DNA of 64,000 nucleotides from Eledone cirrhosa (GCA_964016885.1 OZ024741.1:233802001-233866000); one strand, 5' to 3'; positions 12,915-24,396 are shown, counted from the stretch's first letter. Notes: generated by a model not told the origin, from the sequence alone. Translations and numbers: made by a program.

Positions 12915-15900
12915 AGTAGCTTTTTTCATGACGTTATTATTGTTAATTTTACTGATGTAGTATTAACTTGGATATTTACCATGCGACCCTCAGTTCCTAC
13001 CTCACAATTTCCCTCCCCCCCACCCCCACACACCACCATAGTCTATTCGACCAATCAAACCTAGCATGCCATTTGCACTGCTGCTGCTGCTACTACCTGC
13101 CTAACTAACTCTCTCCTCCTCTGGCGCATCCCAACACACCCTGCCATTACCCCACCACCACTGTCCTTCTAGCCCTCAATTTTCCCACCGTTATGGATGG
13201 ATGAGCTGGGAATACACGAGCAACTCTGAATCAATAGATGAAATATGAATCTGCGAGCTACCAAGCACCCACGTGAAGCGCCAACCCAGAGACCCTCCCC
13301 TACGAGTGTCGACAAATGCCCAAAACTCCGAGTTGGTACCATCAATGTAGGCTCAATGAAAGGAAGAGCAGGAGAAATCGTAGAAATGCTAGAGCGAAAG
13401 GAAGTTGATGTATGCTGTGTGCAAGAGACTAGATGGAGAGGAGGGTCTGCTAGAGTCCTTGTAGGAAAAAGCCAGTGCTACAAATTTTTCTGGGTGGGAA
13501 ATGACGATGGGATGGGTGGTGTAGGTATACTATTAGCTGACAAGTGGGTAGATAAAGTAATCTCAGTGTACAGGGTAAATGCAAGAATCATTAAACTCAG
13601 ACTAGTCCTGAATAAGACAATTACCACAATAATATCAGCTTACGCACCCCAATCGGGGCTGCCAGACGAACTTAAGGATAGGTTTTACGAGTCCCTAATA
13701 CACACTACTGCTCTAACAGACGACAAGGACTTCCTAATCATTGCAGGAGATTTTAACGGACACGTAGGTAAACACTGCGACGGCTTCAATAGAGTACATG
13801 GAGGCCATGGAGTTGGCACAAGGAATGAGGAAGGATTCAGACTTCTAGAATTCTGCGACGCCAATGACATGTCGATATGTAACACAAACTTTAAAAAACC
13901 CGACAACCACCTGATCACCTATAGATCAGGGGAGCACTCTAGTCAGTTAGATTTTATCCTCATCAGAGGACGTGACAGATGGACGGTCGTAAACACAAAA
14001 GCCTTCCCTAGTGAGGAATGTACATCCCAACATAGCTTAGTTGTCAGCGACCTCACGGTCAGAACTAGACGAGCCCTGAAACAGAGGCCAACCTGGAGAA
14101 GAAAGATCTGGAAGCTGAAAGTCCCCTCAACCAGTAACAGATTTAAAGATATTTTACTCAACGCCTACGACAGTAAAGAAGAACAGATAGAGACATTTAA
14201 CGTAGAAGAGAACTGGGAGTTCCTAAAAAATAACTTACTAGAGGCGACGGATGAGGTTTGTGGCTGGAGTAAGACCTCAAGCAGGAGGAGAGTGACTTGG
14301 TGGTGGAACAATAAGGTAGATGAAGCAGTCAAGGCCAAGAGACAGGCATGGAAAGAATGGAAGAACGGGGGGAGCAGGGTACATTACATAGAGACCAAGA
14401 GGGAAGCTAGGCGACAAGTATACTTAGCTAGGAGGGAAGCAGAGGATAGAAAATTCAAGCATGTTTTACAACGTGAGGACCAGAAACAGGAGGTATTCAA
14501 GATTGCGAGGCAGTGTGTCAGAGATAGTTGTGATGTCATTGGAGAGAAGTGTATCCGGAATGATAAAGGTGAGCTTGCCCTCACAAGTGCTGAGAAGAAA
14601 GATGCATGGAAGAGTCATTATGATAGATTACTAAATGAGGAGAATGCATGGGAAGAAGAGACCCTACCCCACGTAGACCCTATAGAGGGACCAGCAGTAC
14701 AAGTCAGCGGCAGCGTAGTAAGTAAGGCAATCAGAGATATGAAGATAGGGAAGGCAACCGGTCCATCGGGTATAGCTGCCGAGATGCTGAAGGCATCTGG
14801 GTCTGTAGGTCACACTATAACCACACGTATCGTTAACCAGGTAATACTAGAGGGGGCCATACCAAAAGATTGGTGCAGTAGCATCATTGTCAACTGCTAC
14901 AAAGGTAAAGGCGATGCACTAGATAGAGGAAACTATAGAGGTATAAAGTTGATGGACCAGGTCATGAAAGTAACAGAAAGAGTTATAGCACAGCTGATTA
15001 GGGACCGGGTGAATATAGACGAGATGCAATTTGGGTTTGTTCCAGGGAAAGGCACCACTGATGCGCTCTTCCTTGTGAGGCAATTACAGGAAAAGTACCT
15101 AGCTAAAAGTAAGCCACTCTACTTGGCATTTGTCGACCTTGAGAAAGCCTTTGACAGAGTTCCACGTGCAGTAATCTGGTGGGCTCTTAGAAAACTAGGA
15201 GTAGATGAATGGCTTGTGAAAGCGGTACAAGCCATGTATAGGGGAGCAGTCAGCAAAGTTAGGATTGGCAATGAGTATAGCGAGGAATTTAGCGTACAGG
15301 TTGGGGTCCACCAGGGCTCTGTTCTTAGCCCTCTCCTGTTCATCATAGTCCTGCAGGCAATAACGGAGGAGTTTAAGACCGGATGCCCATGGGAACTCCT
15401 GTATGCTGATGACCTCGCACTCATAGCTGAATCTATGGTAGAACTAGAGAATAAATTCCAAACCTGGAAGCAGGGACTAGAGAGAAAGGGCCTCAAAGTC
15501 AACATGACAAAGACTAAGGTCCTTATAAGTAGACGAGAAAACAGAACCCAGATCCCCTCAGGGAAATGGCCTTGCTCAGTATGTAGGAAAGGTGTAGGTA
15601 GGAACTCCATTCTTTGCCCCAAATGCAAACAATGGGTACACAAGAGATGTAGCGGGATCTCAGGAAGCTTAATTAAGAATGTAGGATTCACATGCAGCAG
15701 CTGTGCTGAAACAGCAAGCAAACAGCCACAGGAAACAAGTACCACCAATCTCTGGGAGGGCCCTGTAGAAACAGTAGACAGCTTCTGCTACCTAGGTGAC
15801 CGAATTAGCAACGGAGGTGGGTGCTCAGAAAGTACAATAACTAGGGTAAGAACGGGATGGAAGAAGTTTAGGGAACTACTACCACTGCTAGCTGCAAAAG

Positions 15901-16667
15901 GCTTCTCCCTCAGAATGAAAGGCAGACTGTATGATGCGTGTATCCGAACAGCGATGTTGCATGGTAGTGAGACCTGGGCGCTGAAGGTGGAAGACTTACG
16001 TAGATTAGAGAGAAACGAAGCCTGCATGCTCCGATGGATGTGTAACAGTAATATACGTGAACGACAAAGCATAAATGAATTGAGAGAGAGACTGAGCATA
16101 AGAGGAATCAAATGCTGCGTGCAGGAGAGGCGGTTACGCTGGTATGGACATGTGATGCGTATGAAGGATGACAGCTGCATAAAAAGGTGCAGAGCACTAG
16201 AAGTTGATGGAAACCGCGGAGTGGGGAGACCCAAGATGACTTGGGATGAGGTGATAAAAGCCGACCTTACCCAACTACACCTCTCAAAGTCAATGACACA
16301 CGACCGTGACTTCTGGCGTCACGCAGTAATACAGGGTACCCGACCTCCCATGGGTACATGCTGAAGCATATAAACAATATGCCCCCCCCCCCCCACCGCA
16401 AGGTGGTCGTGGAGGTGCCACGGCAAAAAAGCACCCAGCCCACACTGTAAAGTGGACGTGTAGGCGCCACGAAAAAGCACCCAGCACTCACTGTAAATGA
16501 GGTTGGTGTTAGGAAGGGCATCCAGCTGTAGAAATCAAGCCAGATCAGTTCCTGTATGAGCAAGGCATGGTCAGCCGACCAGACACTGCCCACAACAGGA
16601 CAACCCGTCTAACCCATGCTAGCGTGGAAGAACGGACGTAAAACGGTGATGATGATGATGATGATGA
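12915..16667 (+). mobile_element. Full-length RTE-clade LINE (5' UTR, single ORF, 3' UTR, (GAT)n tail)
   Basis: Uninterrupted 1039-aa ORF; UTRs on both sides; ends in (gat)7; inserted in TA/TACA microsatellite. Confidence 0.95.
13245..16364 (+). CDS. RTE LINE polyprotein: APE endonuclease + reverse transcriptase with internal PHD-type C4HC3 finger
   Basis: APE motifs GTINVG, CVQETRW, SAYAPQ, GDFNGHVG, QLDFIL; RT motifs NYRGIKL, QFGF, FVDLEKAFDRV, GVHQGSVLSPLLF, YADD, YLG; C-terminal GRPKMTW. Confidence 0.95.
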   Translation: MNLRATKHPREAPTQRPSPTSVDKCPKLRVGTINVGSMKGRAGEIVEMLERKEVDVCCVQETRWRGGSARVLVGKSQCYKFFWVGNDDGMGGVGILLADKWVDKVISVYRVNARIIKLRLVLNKTITTIISAYAPQSGLPDELKDRFYESLIHTTALTDDKDFLIIAGDFNGHVGKHCDGFNRVHGGHGVGTRNEEGFRLLEFCDANDMSICNTNFKKPDNHLITYRSGEHSSQLDFILIRGRDRWTVVNTKAFPSEECTSQHSLVVSDLTVRTRRALKQRPTWRRKIWKLKVPSTSNRFKDILLNAYDSKEEQIETFNVEENWEFLKNNLLEATDEVCGWSKTSSRRRVTWWWNNKVDEAVKAKRQAWKEWKNGGSRVHYIETKREARRQVYLARREAEDRKFKHVLQREDQKQEVFKIARQCVRDSCDVIGEKCIRNDKGELALTSAEKKDAWKSHYDRLLNEENAWEEETLPHVDPIEGPAVQVSGSVVSKAIRDMKIGKATGPSGIAAEMLKASGSVGHTITTRIVNQVILEGAIPKDWCSSIIVNCYKGKGDALDRGNYRGIKLMDQVMKVTERVIAQLIRDRVNIDEMQFGFVPGKGTTDALFLVRQLQEKYLAKSKPLYLAFVDLEKAFDRVPRAVIWWALRKLGVDEWLVKAVQAMYRGAVSKVRIGNEYSEEFSVQVGVHQGSVLSPLLFIIVLQAITEEFKTGCPWELLYADDLALIAESMVELENKFQTWKQGLERKGLKVNMTKTKVLISRRENRTQIPSGKWPCSVCRKGVGRNSILCPKCKQWVHKRCSGISGSLIKNVGFTCSSCAETASKQPQETSTTNLWEGPVETVDSFCYLGDRISNGGGCSESTITRVRTGWKKFRELLPLLAAKGFSLRMKGRLYDACIRTAMLHGSETWALKVEDLRRLERNEACMLRWMCNSNIRERQSINELRERLSIRGIKCCVQERRLRWYGHVMRMKDDSCIKRCRALEVDGNRGVGRPKMTWDEVIKADLTQLHLSKSMTHDRDFWRHAVIQGTRPPMGTC

Positions 16668-16948
16668 TACATACATATATATATATACATACATATATAC
16701 ATACATATATATATACATATACGTACATATATACATACATATATATATACATATATACATACATATATATATACATACATACACATATATATATATACAT
16801 ACATACATATATATATATACATACATATATATATATACATACATACATATATATACATACATACATATACATACATACATATATATATATACATACATAT
16901 ATATATATACATACATACATACATATATATATATACATATATACATAG

Positions 16949-17507
16949 GTATGCATGTATACGTACATACATATATGTATACAGACGTACAGTAGCATGC
17001 ACATATATATATACATATGCATACAGGTACACATACATATATGCACGTATCAGTTTAGCGGCGCTTATTATAACGTCGCTTTGTTCGTTTGTAAACAAAC
17101 TGAACTTTTCGGTATGCCTGACCGATTTAACTCACTCAATATGCAAATTAGGCTGCTCAGCCGTTAATTTTCATAAGGAAAGTATATACTTTCGAACGTT
17201 CAACTATCTGGCAGATGGGTAAACGGTGCTGTTGATAGCTAACAAGCTTGAAACTAGTACATCGTTCCTGTGTCAGTGTTGAACAAAAAGGTGACGTGGT
17301 TGCCTTAACACCGTATGGCATAAATTCAGGCTGTTCAGTTTGTTTACAAACGAACAAAGCGACGTTATAATAAGCGCCGCTAAACTGATACGTGCATATA
17401 TGTATGTGTACCTGTATGCATATGTATATATATATGTATATATATATATATATGTGCATGCTACTGTACGTCTGTATACATATATGTATGTACGTATACA
17501 TGCATAC
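16949..17507. repeat. Fold-back: ~157-bp near-perfect inverted repeats (16949-17105 / 17333-17507) around a ~227-bp spacer
   Basis: Arms are reverse complements apart from a TA-run length difference. Confidence 0.9.
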
Positions 17508-17920
17508 TTACATTTAAGTAAGTGCCATACTAAGAGTGAGAAATGAAATTTCGTTTTCATTTTGTTTCATATATACATACATACACATATATATATATAT
17601 ACATACATACATACATACATACACATATATATATATATATACATACATACATACACATATATATACATACATACATATATATATAAACATACATATGTTA
17701 CCAGTAGCACCAACTGGTGACCTGACATACATCCATATATATATACAGATATGCATACATATATATATATATACATACATATATACATACATATATATAT
17801 ACATGTATATATATATACATATATATACATATATACATATATACATACATATATATACACATATATACATACATATATATATACATATATACATACATAT
17901 ATATATACATATATACATAC

Positions 17921-17977
<57 letters not shown>

Positions 17978-18019
17978 ATATATATATATAATATACATAT
18001 ATATCTATACATATATATA

Positions 18020-20535
18020 GTAATAATAATAAAATTGAAGACTAAAATCCAAAGAGGGCTCAATAAGGATAAATATATATCAAATATATAAGAACCGTAG
18101 AGCAAATATTTATTAAAATAACAGATTAAAGTTTAAGCAAAGAATCGCTGCTTTCACCCTTAACGGGATCTTCTGAAACTAACAAAGTCAATCTGTAAAC
18201 GCAGAACTGGATATTTCAAAATACGTTGCAACCGGAGGAAGACAGGAAGACGATACTTTGGTTCGTGGAAACGTTCGCTGGCAAAGAACGGGAAAAAACG
18301 AATAATACGTCATTAAAAGGAGCGGTGAAAAACAATTACGCGCAAAGACAGAACCACGTTCAGGTATAAAAGAGGTCGTAGACTAATGTTCTCTTAGGTG
18401 GTGCATAGAGACGTTCTCTGGCAATGAACGAAAAAACGAAGATAATAAGTCATATGTGGAGCCTCGAGAACAATAGCACGCAAAGACAAAACCACGTAAA
18501 TGGTATAGCAGAAGTCGTAGACTAAAATTCTAACTAGGAGACCAAATGAATCTCCGCTACAGAGTTAAGAACAAAGTAAATAAATACAATACAGAAGTAA
18601 TAGAAATAAATAAATACATACACGCAAACAAATACGTACATACACAAGCATACGCAAAACCTTACCATAGGTATACAACCACGCACATATAAATATGTGT
18701 GTGTGTGTGTATGCTTGTGTACAAATAAATAAATAATTATATAAACGTATATAAGTAAATAAATACGTATATAACAAGCGCACACACATACCTACATATA
18801 ATTACACGAATGTTCAGACGTAAGTCAACTAAAACAAGAAGTACACATATACACACACCCACCATACGTACGAACCTGCATACTCACGCAGACGCAAAAC
18901 TCCCGTATACACATAGCCAAACCCTAAATACCAAAATATATAAAAATTATACGCCATTACAATCAAAGATACGTACGAGAAGGTATACAACCTTCACAAA
19001 ACATACAGGTAATATATACTTACCTATGCAAATAAGTAAAGGAATAAACAAAACATATATTTAGCTCCCACATCAGGACGTAAAATATCCACGTATAGAT
19101 CGTACTATCCATTAGGGTATAACGTGGGGCTGTAATACAGGAAAGTTTTGTGCATTTTATGTTTACAAGCCGAAATTGTCTCAGATTTTTTGTTTAAGAT
19201 GTGGTCTGTGGCGTAGAGTATTTCCAGGGCCTCAGCGGCACAGAGGTCACATGGTCTTTTATTTCCGTTATACAATCTAGCCCTAGCTAGGATCTCCCAG
19301 TGTAACTTATATTGGGTGTGGTTGTCTTTTAGACTCCAGATATAAGCTGAAAGTGACGTCATATTCCTTCTTAGAGGGTAACGAAAAGAATGGGTATGCA
19401 TGTAAAGACGCTGCTTGAAACTATTGGCAGTTAACCCTATGTAGACCCTACGGGACGTGGGTGTTACAACCTTACATTTGTAGACAATGTTACTAGAGAG
19501 GCATTTCCCGGATAGGGGGCAATCAGCCCGATTCCTACAATTACAGTTAGTACTAACTACAGGGTTGCACGTGTTCCTACGGCTAGGTAGTTTAGCTAAA
19601 TTTGAAGCTGTGATGTTATGTGCAAGGTTAGGAGTCGTAGAGTAAGAAATTTTAATAGTATTTCTAATAAAAATTTTACTATATTTATGTGTAGGGGGAA
19701 AATGCTTCCTAATAAGGGAAAGAAAGATCTTAGCTAATGGTGTGGCCACCTCCATATTATATGGTGGGTTAAACCAACAAATGCGACAGGATCTATTTCT
19801 TCTAGGTCTATTTTCATACTCTGTATATGCTACCTTATCGACAAATCCACTTCGAGCAAGAGCTTCATTGTAATAAGTGGAATGGTCGTTGAAAATGCGC
19901 TCGTTGGTGGAAAGACGGGAAAGCCTCAACGAAACGTTTCTTACCAGGTTCTTGGTTATGCTGGCGGGATGGTTGGAATGCTTACTTATGTAATTAAGCG
20001 TATCATTCGGCTTTCTATACGGGTAATACAACCCATTCAATAAATTGAGGGTAACGTCGAGGTAATTAACGACCGAGAGATTGGCCTCAACCTGTATAGA
20101 GAGGTTGAAGCCTTTAAAGAAGGCTGTGAGTTCTTTTCTGAACCTGTCGCAAGCACGAGGTCCGCACTTAGTCATGGTCAAAAGACCATCGTCACGGTAC
20201 AAACCACCGCCCGCGTTGGGGAATTCGTCCTTGATAGAGAAAAGAAGGAAAAGGCCAATAAGATCAGTAACCTCCGCAGAGTCACTGGCGCCCATACTCA
20301 CGTCGAATGGGGTACTATTGGATTTTTTAATCCAAATAGAGTCGTCGAAATTAATCACCGACTTTCGGGCATTGAGGATGACATCAACTTCGAAATCCTT
20401 AACCACTGTGAGTGTTTTAGCGAAATTGATAGCTGTAAGGAGAAGTGGTAAAGTGATGGAGGAGTAGTAATTGTTGATGTCGAATTGGATAAAACGGCAA
20501 TGTTCCTTGTTACATATGCCGTTGAACCAATCAAT
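18020..20535 (-). mobile_element. 5'-truncated Penelope-like element: RT + GIY-YIG ORF, 3' UTR with a ~140-bp tandem duplication, and pLTR
   Basis: ORF 19105-20535 has FIQFDINNYY, FDVSMGASDSAEV, LYRDDGL, NYLDVTL, CNCRNRADCPLSGKC, IVYKC..VYIGLT..FKQRLYMH, CDLC..E, CKH; direct repeats at ~18269-18392 and ~18408-18531. Confidence 0.93.
18131..18179 (-). ncRNA. Hammerhead-like motif in PLE pLTR (core CAGAAGA...GAAA)
   Basis: GUUU-CAGAAGA-UCCC(GUUAA)GGGU-GAA-AGCA(loop)UGCU-U-AAAC; stems I, II and III all pair. Confidence 0.6.
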
Positions 20536-20719
20536 AAATATACATATATATATATATATACATTTGATAAATCCGTAGCCCTGACTTAGCTGGGGATGAA
20601 CCATACAACCTTTGCTAGCAGAGAAAAATGAACAATAAATTATGATCATGAAGATGTTGGGGAAAGAGTGTTTGGAACTACACTAATGCTAAAAAAAAAC
20701 AAAAACTAGGAAACATTAT

Positions 20720-21250
20720 TATGAGATGTCGATGTATTTGAAAGATGAGTGGAAGGGAGGGAAACTACCTACACATGATGACTACGGGCTATCGAAGTTG
20801 ATAAAGTCAAAGAAGCAATCAGACAGATGAAAAATTGAAAATCAGCTGGTTCAGCGATAGTCACCAGCATAATCCATAATCACAATGACTGGCGTAGCAA
20901 TATAATCATTAATTGTTGCAAGGGAAATGTGATGCTCTACAGAGGTATAAAACTAATGAAAATGAAAAATAATTTTAGCACGATTAGTTAGAGAAAGATA
21001 CAAATTAGATGAGATAAAAATTGGTTTTGTGCCAGGAAGAAGCATCACACACACCGTTCTTAGTGAGATAACCACAAGAGAACTTCTTAGCCAAGTGCAA
21101 ACTGTTATATCTAGCTTTTGTTGATCTGGAAAAGGTTTTTGACAAAGTTCCATGATCAGTTATCTAATGGTTCTTAAGAAAACTAGGAGTAGATAAGTGG
21201 CTTGTCAGAACAGTGCAAGCCATGTACAGCAGATTGAGAGTAGGTAAAAG
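20720..21250 (+). mobile_element. Highly decayed RTE RT fragment
   Basis: Recognisable pieces: tacagaggtataaaacta, ggttttgtgccagga, gcttttgttgatctggaaaagg. Confidence 0.75.
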
Positions 21251-21485
21251 GATGATACACGTAAATATATATATTCACAGACACAGCATGGCTGAAACCT
21301 GCGCGTAGTTTCATCCCCACTTTGTGGCATCTTGGGCAAGTGTCTGTTTACGATAGGATTGGGTCAACGAAAACTTGGTGAATGAAAGAGGGTAGATTGA
21401 AGCTATTAGGATATTGTCGTATAGACTGTACCTGTAAATTAAATGTCTAGCTTTGTCACAATGAATCAACATGAGAATTACACTA

Positions 21486-22013
21486 GGCACTACCATGCTA
21501 TTAGCTGTCAGAAGTGAAAGTTTCGTCAACCTTCTCAATCGTAAACATCGTTTATTTCCGTATTACCACGCGTTATTTTAATAAAGCATATCGATGTAAG
21601 AGGAGTTACTTAAATGAAAATATAGGTGGCCCTTAAAAGGGCCAAATTAGAAAACAAATTTAAGATAATTAGAAAACAAGTCATGGTTATCAAATAAATT
21701 GGATTTAATCATTTATATTTTCATAGTCATGGTTATCAATGTAGAAAACAAGACATTTTCACCAACAGTGGAGTTAACTTAAATGAAAATATAGGCGGCC
21801 CTTAAAAGGGCCAAATTAGAAAACAAATATATGGTTATCAAATTTTTTTCACTAACCCGATACATGAAATTGATAACCATGACTATGAAAATATAAATGA
21901 TTAAATCCAATTGTTTATTAAAATAACGCGTGGTAATACGGAAATAAACGATGTTTACGATTGAGAAGGTTGACGAAACTTTCACTTCTGACAGCTAGTA
22001 GCATGGTAGTGCC
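21486..22013. mobile_element. Non-autonomous TIR element (100-bp TIRs, GG..CC ends, possible 8-bp TSD; Merlin-like?)
   Basis: TIRs 21486-21585 / 21914-22013 with about one mismatch; flanks ttacacta / gtatacta (6/8 match); internal direct and inverted repeats. Confidence 0.75.
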
Positions 22014-22148
22014 GTATACTAAACAGTATACACGTCTCTGGAATGTTCAACCACTTGCACGTTAATTTCACTAACAGAGTGTTCCGTTGGTTGAACAACT
22101 AGAATACTCAATGTTGAAACTGAAGTAGGTCAATTCCATGCATTATTA

Positions 22149-22332
22149 TAGAAAAACACTCCCCACCGATTTCAGTGAGAAATATTTTTTCCTCCGTTTT
22201 ATCGTCGGCCATCAATTAAATTTACCGCGAAACACTGCAAATGACGTTTTTCCAGGCAAACGGACGGGGGCCGGGGTTACAACTAGTGTTAGGGTTATTT
22301 CCCACTGAAATCGGTGAGGGGGTGTTTTCCTA
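22149..22332. mobile_element. Small MITE with ~35-bp imperfect TIRs
   Basis: tagaaaaacactccccaccgatttcagtgagaaata ... tatttcccactgaaatcggtgaggggggtgttttccta. Confidence 0.65.
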
Positions 22333-22838
22333 TGGATTTACCCATTCTATTTCCACACACACTTATACACTGTACATATTTTAATATGTACGCGCGCACG
22401 CAGAAATGACCAACAAGTTTCAAGTTGGGAAACAAATAAGTTTGAAAAGAATTCTGATAATGCGTAATAATATTTTCACACACACACACACACAAACATA
22501 TCTACATACATTTAAATCTGTACCTCACAGTATCTAATTTTAATCAGAAATTAACAAAAGGTTCACTTGAAAAGTTGTTTCTAAATGTTTCTTCAGTTTT
22601 ACCAATATTGACAGAAAAGTGTCTCGAGGGAGTGTTAAGAGTCATAAAACAAATTGCAAAGCAAATTATGTTTAATAAATACTTAATAACGCATCAATGA
22701 ATTGTGAATTTAAAAAAGGATACCTGCAGTTATAATAAAATACAAAATTATGAGTTAGGAAGATAAAATATTCAAAAATATTGATAATTACATACATGTA
22801 TATAAAAGAAATTATAGTATATTGATGTAAAGGTAACA

Positions 22839-23513
22839 CTATCGCATCTGAGTTTGTCTTTTTTTAAATTTCTCGATAGTTTTAAGAATTTTACTCCAGT
22901 CTACATGACAGTCATTACAATCATCGAGGGCTTTCAGGAGTTTTTCCAATCCACCAGACTTGAAACCTTCTTTTTTTACCCATGAATTAAATACTTTAAA
23001 CCTGAGCACGTAACCACCGTTGCTGGAGTCATTCAACTGACTAATAGTCGCCAAAGTAACACCTAATTGGATAGCAACAGCTTCCCAACCAGAACCGACA
23101 CTCCTTAAAAGGCTACCGAGAAGGTCTTCCTCCAGATTTAGACCGTTAGCCTTTTCAAGGATGTTATTTATGTCATAGATCACCATAGGTGAACTGTCAG
23201 CTGTCTCCAGGTATGCGACTATAGGATTCAAATCGTTTTCTGTTAGACAGGCCACGAATTCATCAAATCGTTCTGACTTATTCGATTTATCGTCACGTTT
23301 TATTTTTCGAAGAAGGATATCGAGAAAACACCGATTCTTTTTTTCTATAACTTTCTCTGCTTGAACGGTATGCATTTCCTCTGTACTGATAAGCTTCTTG
23401 GCAAAAAAGTGATCAAGAATCGCTTCTAACTCCACATCATTAATGTCACTGACAAGTTGTGTCCGACATCGTTGAATTTTGTTTGCATTCCCACGTAGCC
23501 TATTGTCGGCCAT
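22839..23513 (-). CDS. Intronless CARD + Death-domain adaptor protein (CRADD/RAIDD-like architecture), 224 aa
   Basis: N-terminal CARD-like pattern (IQRCRTQLVSDI..ILDHFFAKKLISTEE..V.AE....KNRCFLDILL....FDEFVACL); C-terminal DD-like pattern (LL.SVGSGWEAVAIQLGVT...I.....FNSW......LEKLLKAL); ATG in aaaATGG context at 23513. Confidence 0.8.
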   Translation of the reverse strand: MADNRLRGNANKIQRCRTQLVSDINDVELEAILDHFFAKKLISTEEMHTVQAEKVIEKKNRCFLDILLRKIKRDDKSNKSERFDEFVACLTENDLNPIVAYLETADSSPMVIYDINNILEKANGLNLEEDLLGSLLRSVGSGWEAVAIQLGVTLATISQLNDSSNGGYVLRFKVFNSWVKKEGFKSGGLEKLLKALDDCNDCHVDWSKILKTIEKFKKRQTQMR

Positions 23514-23845
23514 TTTAGTTGCCACCGGAACTGAGAGTGATTTCCCTTGAATTTACGTTCGACCGCAATTATTCTCGGGTCCCAATTAATAGGTAGTGTT
23601 TGGAATAAACGTGTGCTTGGGAGGGTAATCGGCAATTGTATATCTGTTCGTAAATATGGGTTTTCTTGTATGTTCTTTTTTTTTTTTGTCATATATAATG
23701 TATTCATATAAAATTAAATTATTATTATCTCCATATGAGTCACAATAGATAGATTAGCAAAATTTAATAGCCGAGGTGGGGGAGGATTCAAGACCTGAGA
23801 GTATATACCTCTTATTAAAACACTTCCTGGTTATACGAACTTTTT

Positions 23846-24261
23846 GTCTGAACAATTTGATGAATTTGTGGCCTGTCTAAAAAAAAAAAAAAGTACATTC
23901 GGATCCTATAGTCGCATACCTGGAGACAGCTGATAGTTCACCTATGGTCAATGAGATAAAGGCTAATGGTGTAAAACTGGATGAAAAACTTCTTGGTGAT
24001 ATATTATACAATGTCGGTTCCGGCTGGGAGGCTGTTGCTAACCAATTAGGCGTTACTCAGATGACAATTGGGAAAGCTAAAGAGAACGCACCAAACAACA
24101 GAGATAACCAGATATATTCTGTATTTAATTATTGGCTACAAAAAGAGGGTTGCGAGCCTGATGGATTGGAAAAACTCCTGAGAGCCATCGATGATGTTTC
24201 TGATAATTGTGATGTAGACTGGAGTAAAATTCTTGAAATTATCGAGAACAGTAAAAAATGA
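23846..24261 (+). CDS. 5'-truncated paralog: Death-domain-only ORF (23944-24261) preceded by a broken CARD tail
   Basis: Homology starts at ~23846 (EQFDEFVACL) and is interrupted by an A-run at ~23879-23892; the DD frame is open from MVNEIK to ENSKK. Confidence 0.65.
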
Positions 24262-24396
24262 AAAACATAAGGATCTTTTACTCAAAGTTACCTATTGAAA
24301 ACATAACGCAGGTTTGTGGTGGTGTTAGCTTTACATCAATATGTTATAGTTTCTTTTATATACATAGCCTTCAATATATGTTCTGAACAATATAAT

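Noticed and set aside
15119-16234. Antisense ORFs over the RTE, and similar shadows over the other LINEs and the CRE fragment (27536-28174)
   Set aside because: Opposite-strand shadows of coding sequence with no recognisable motifs
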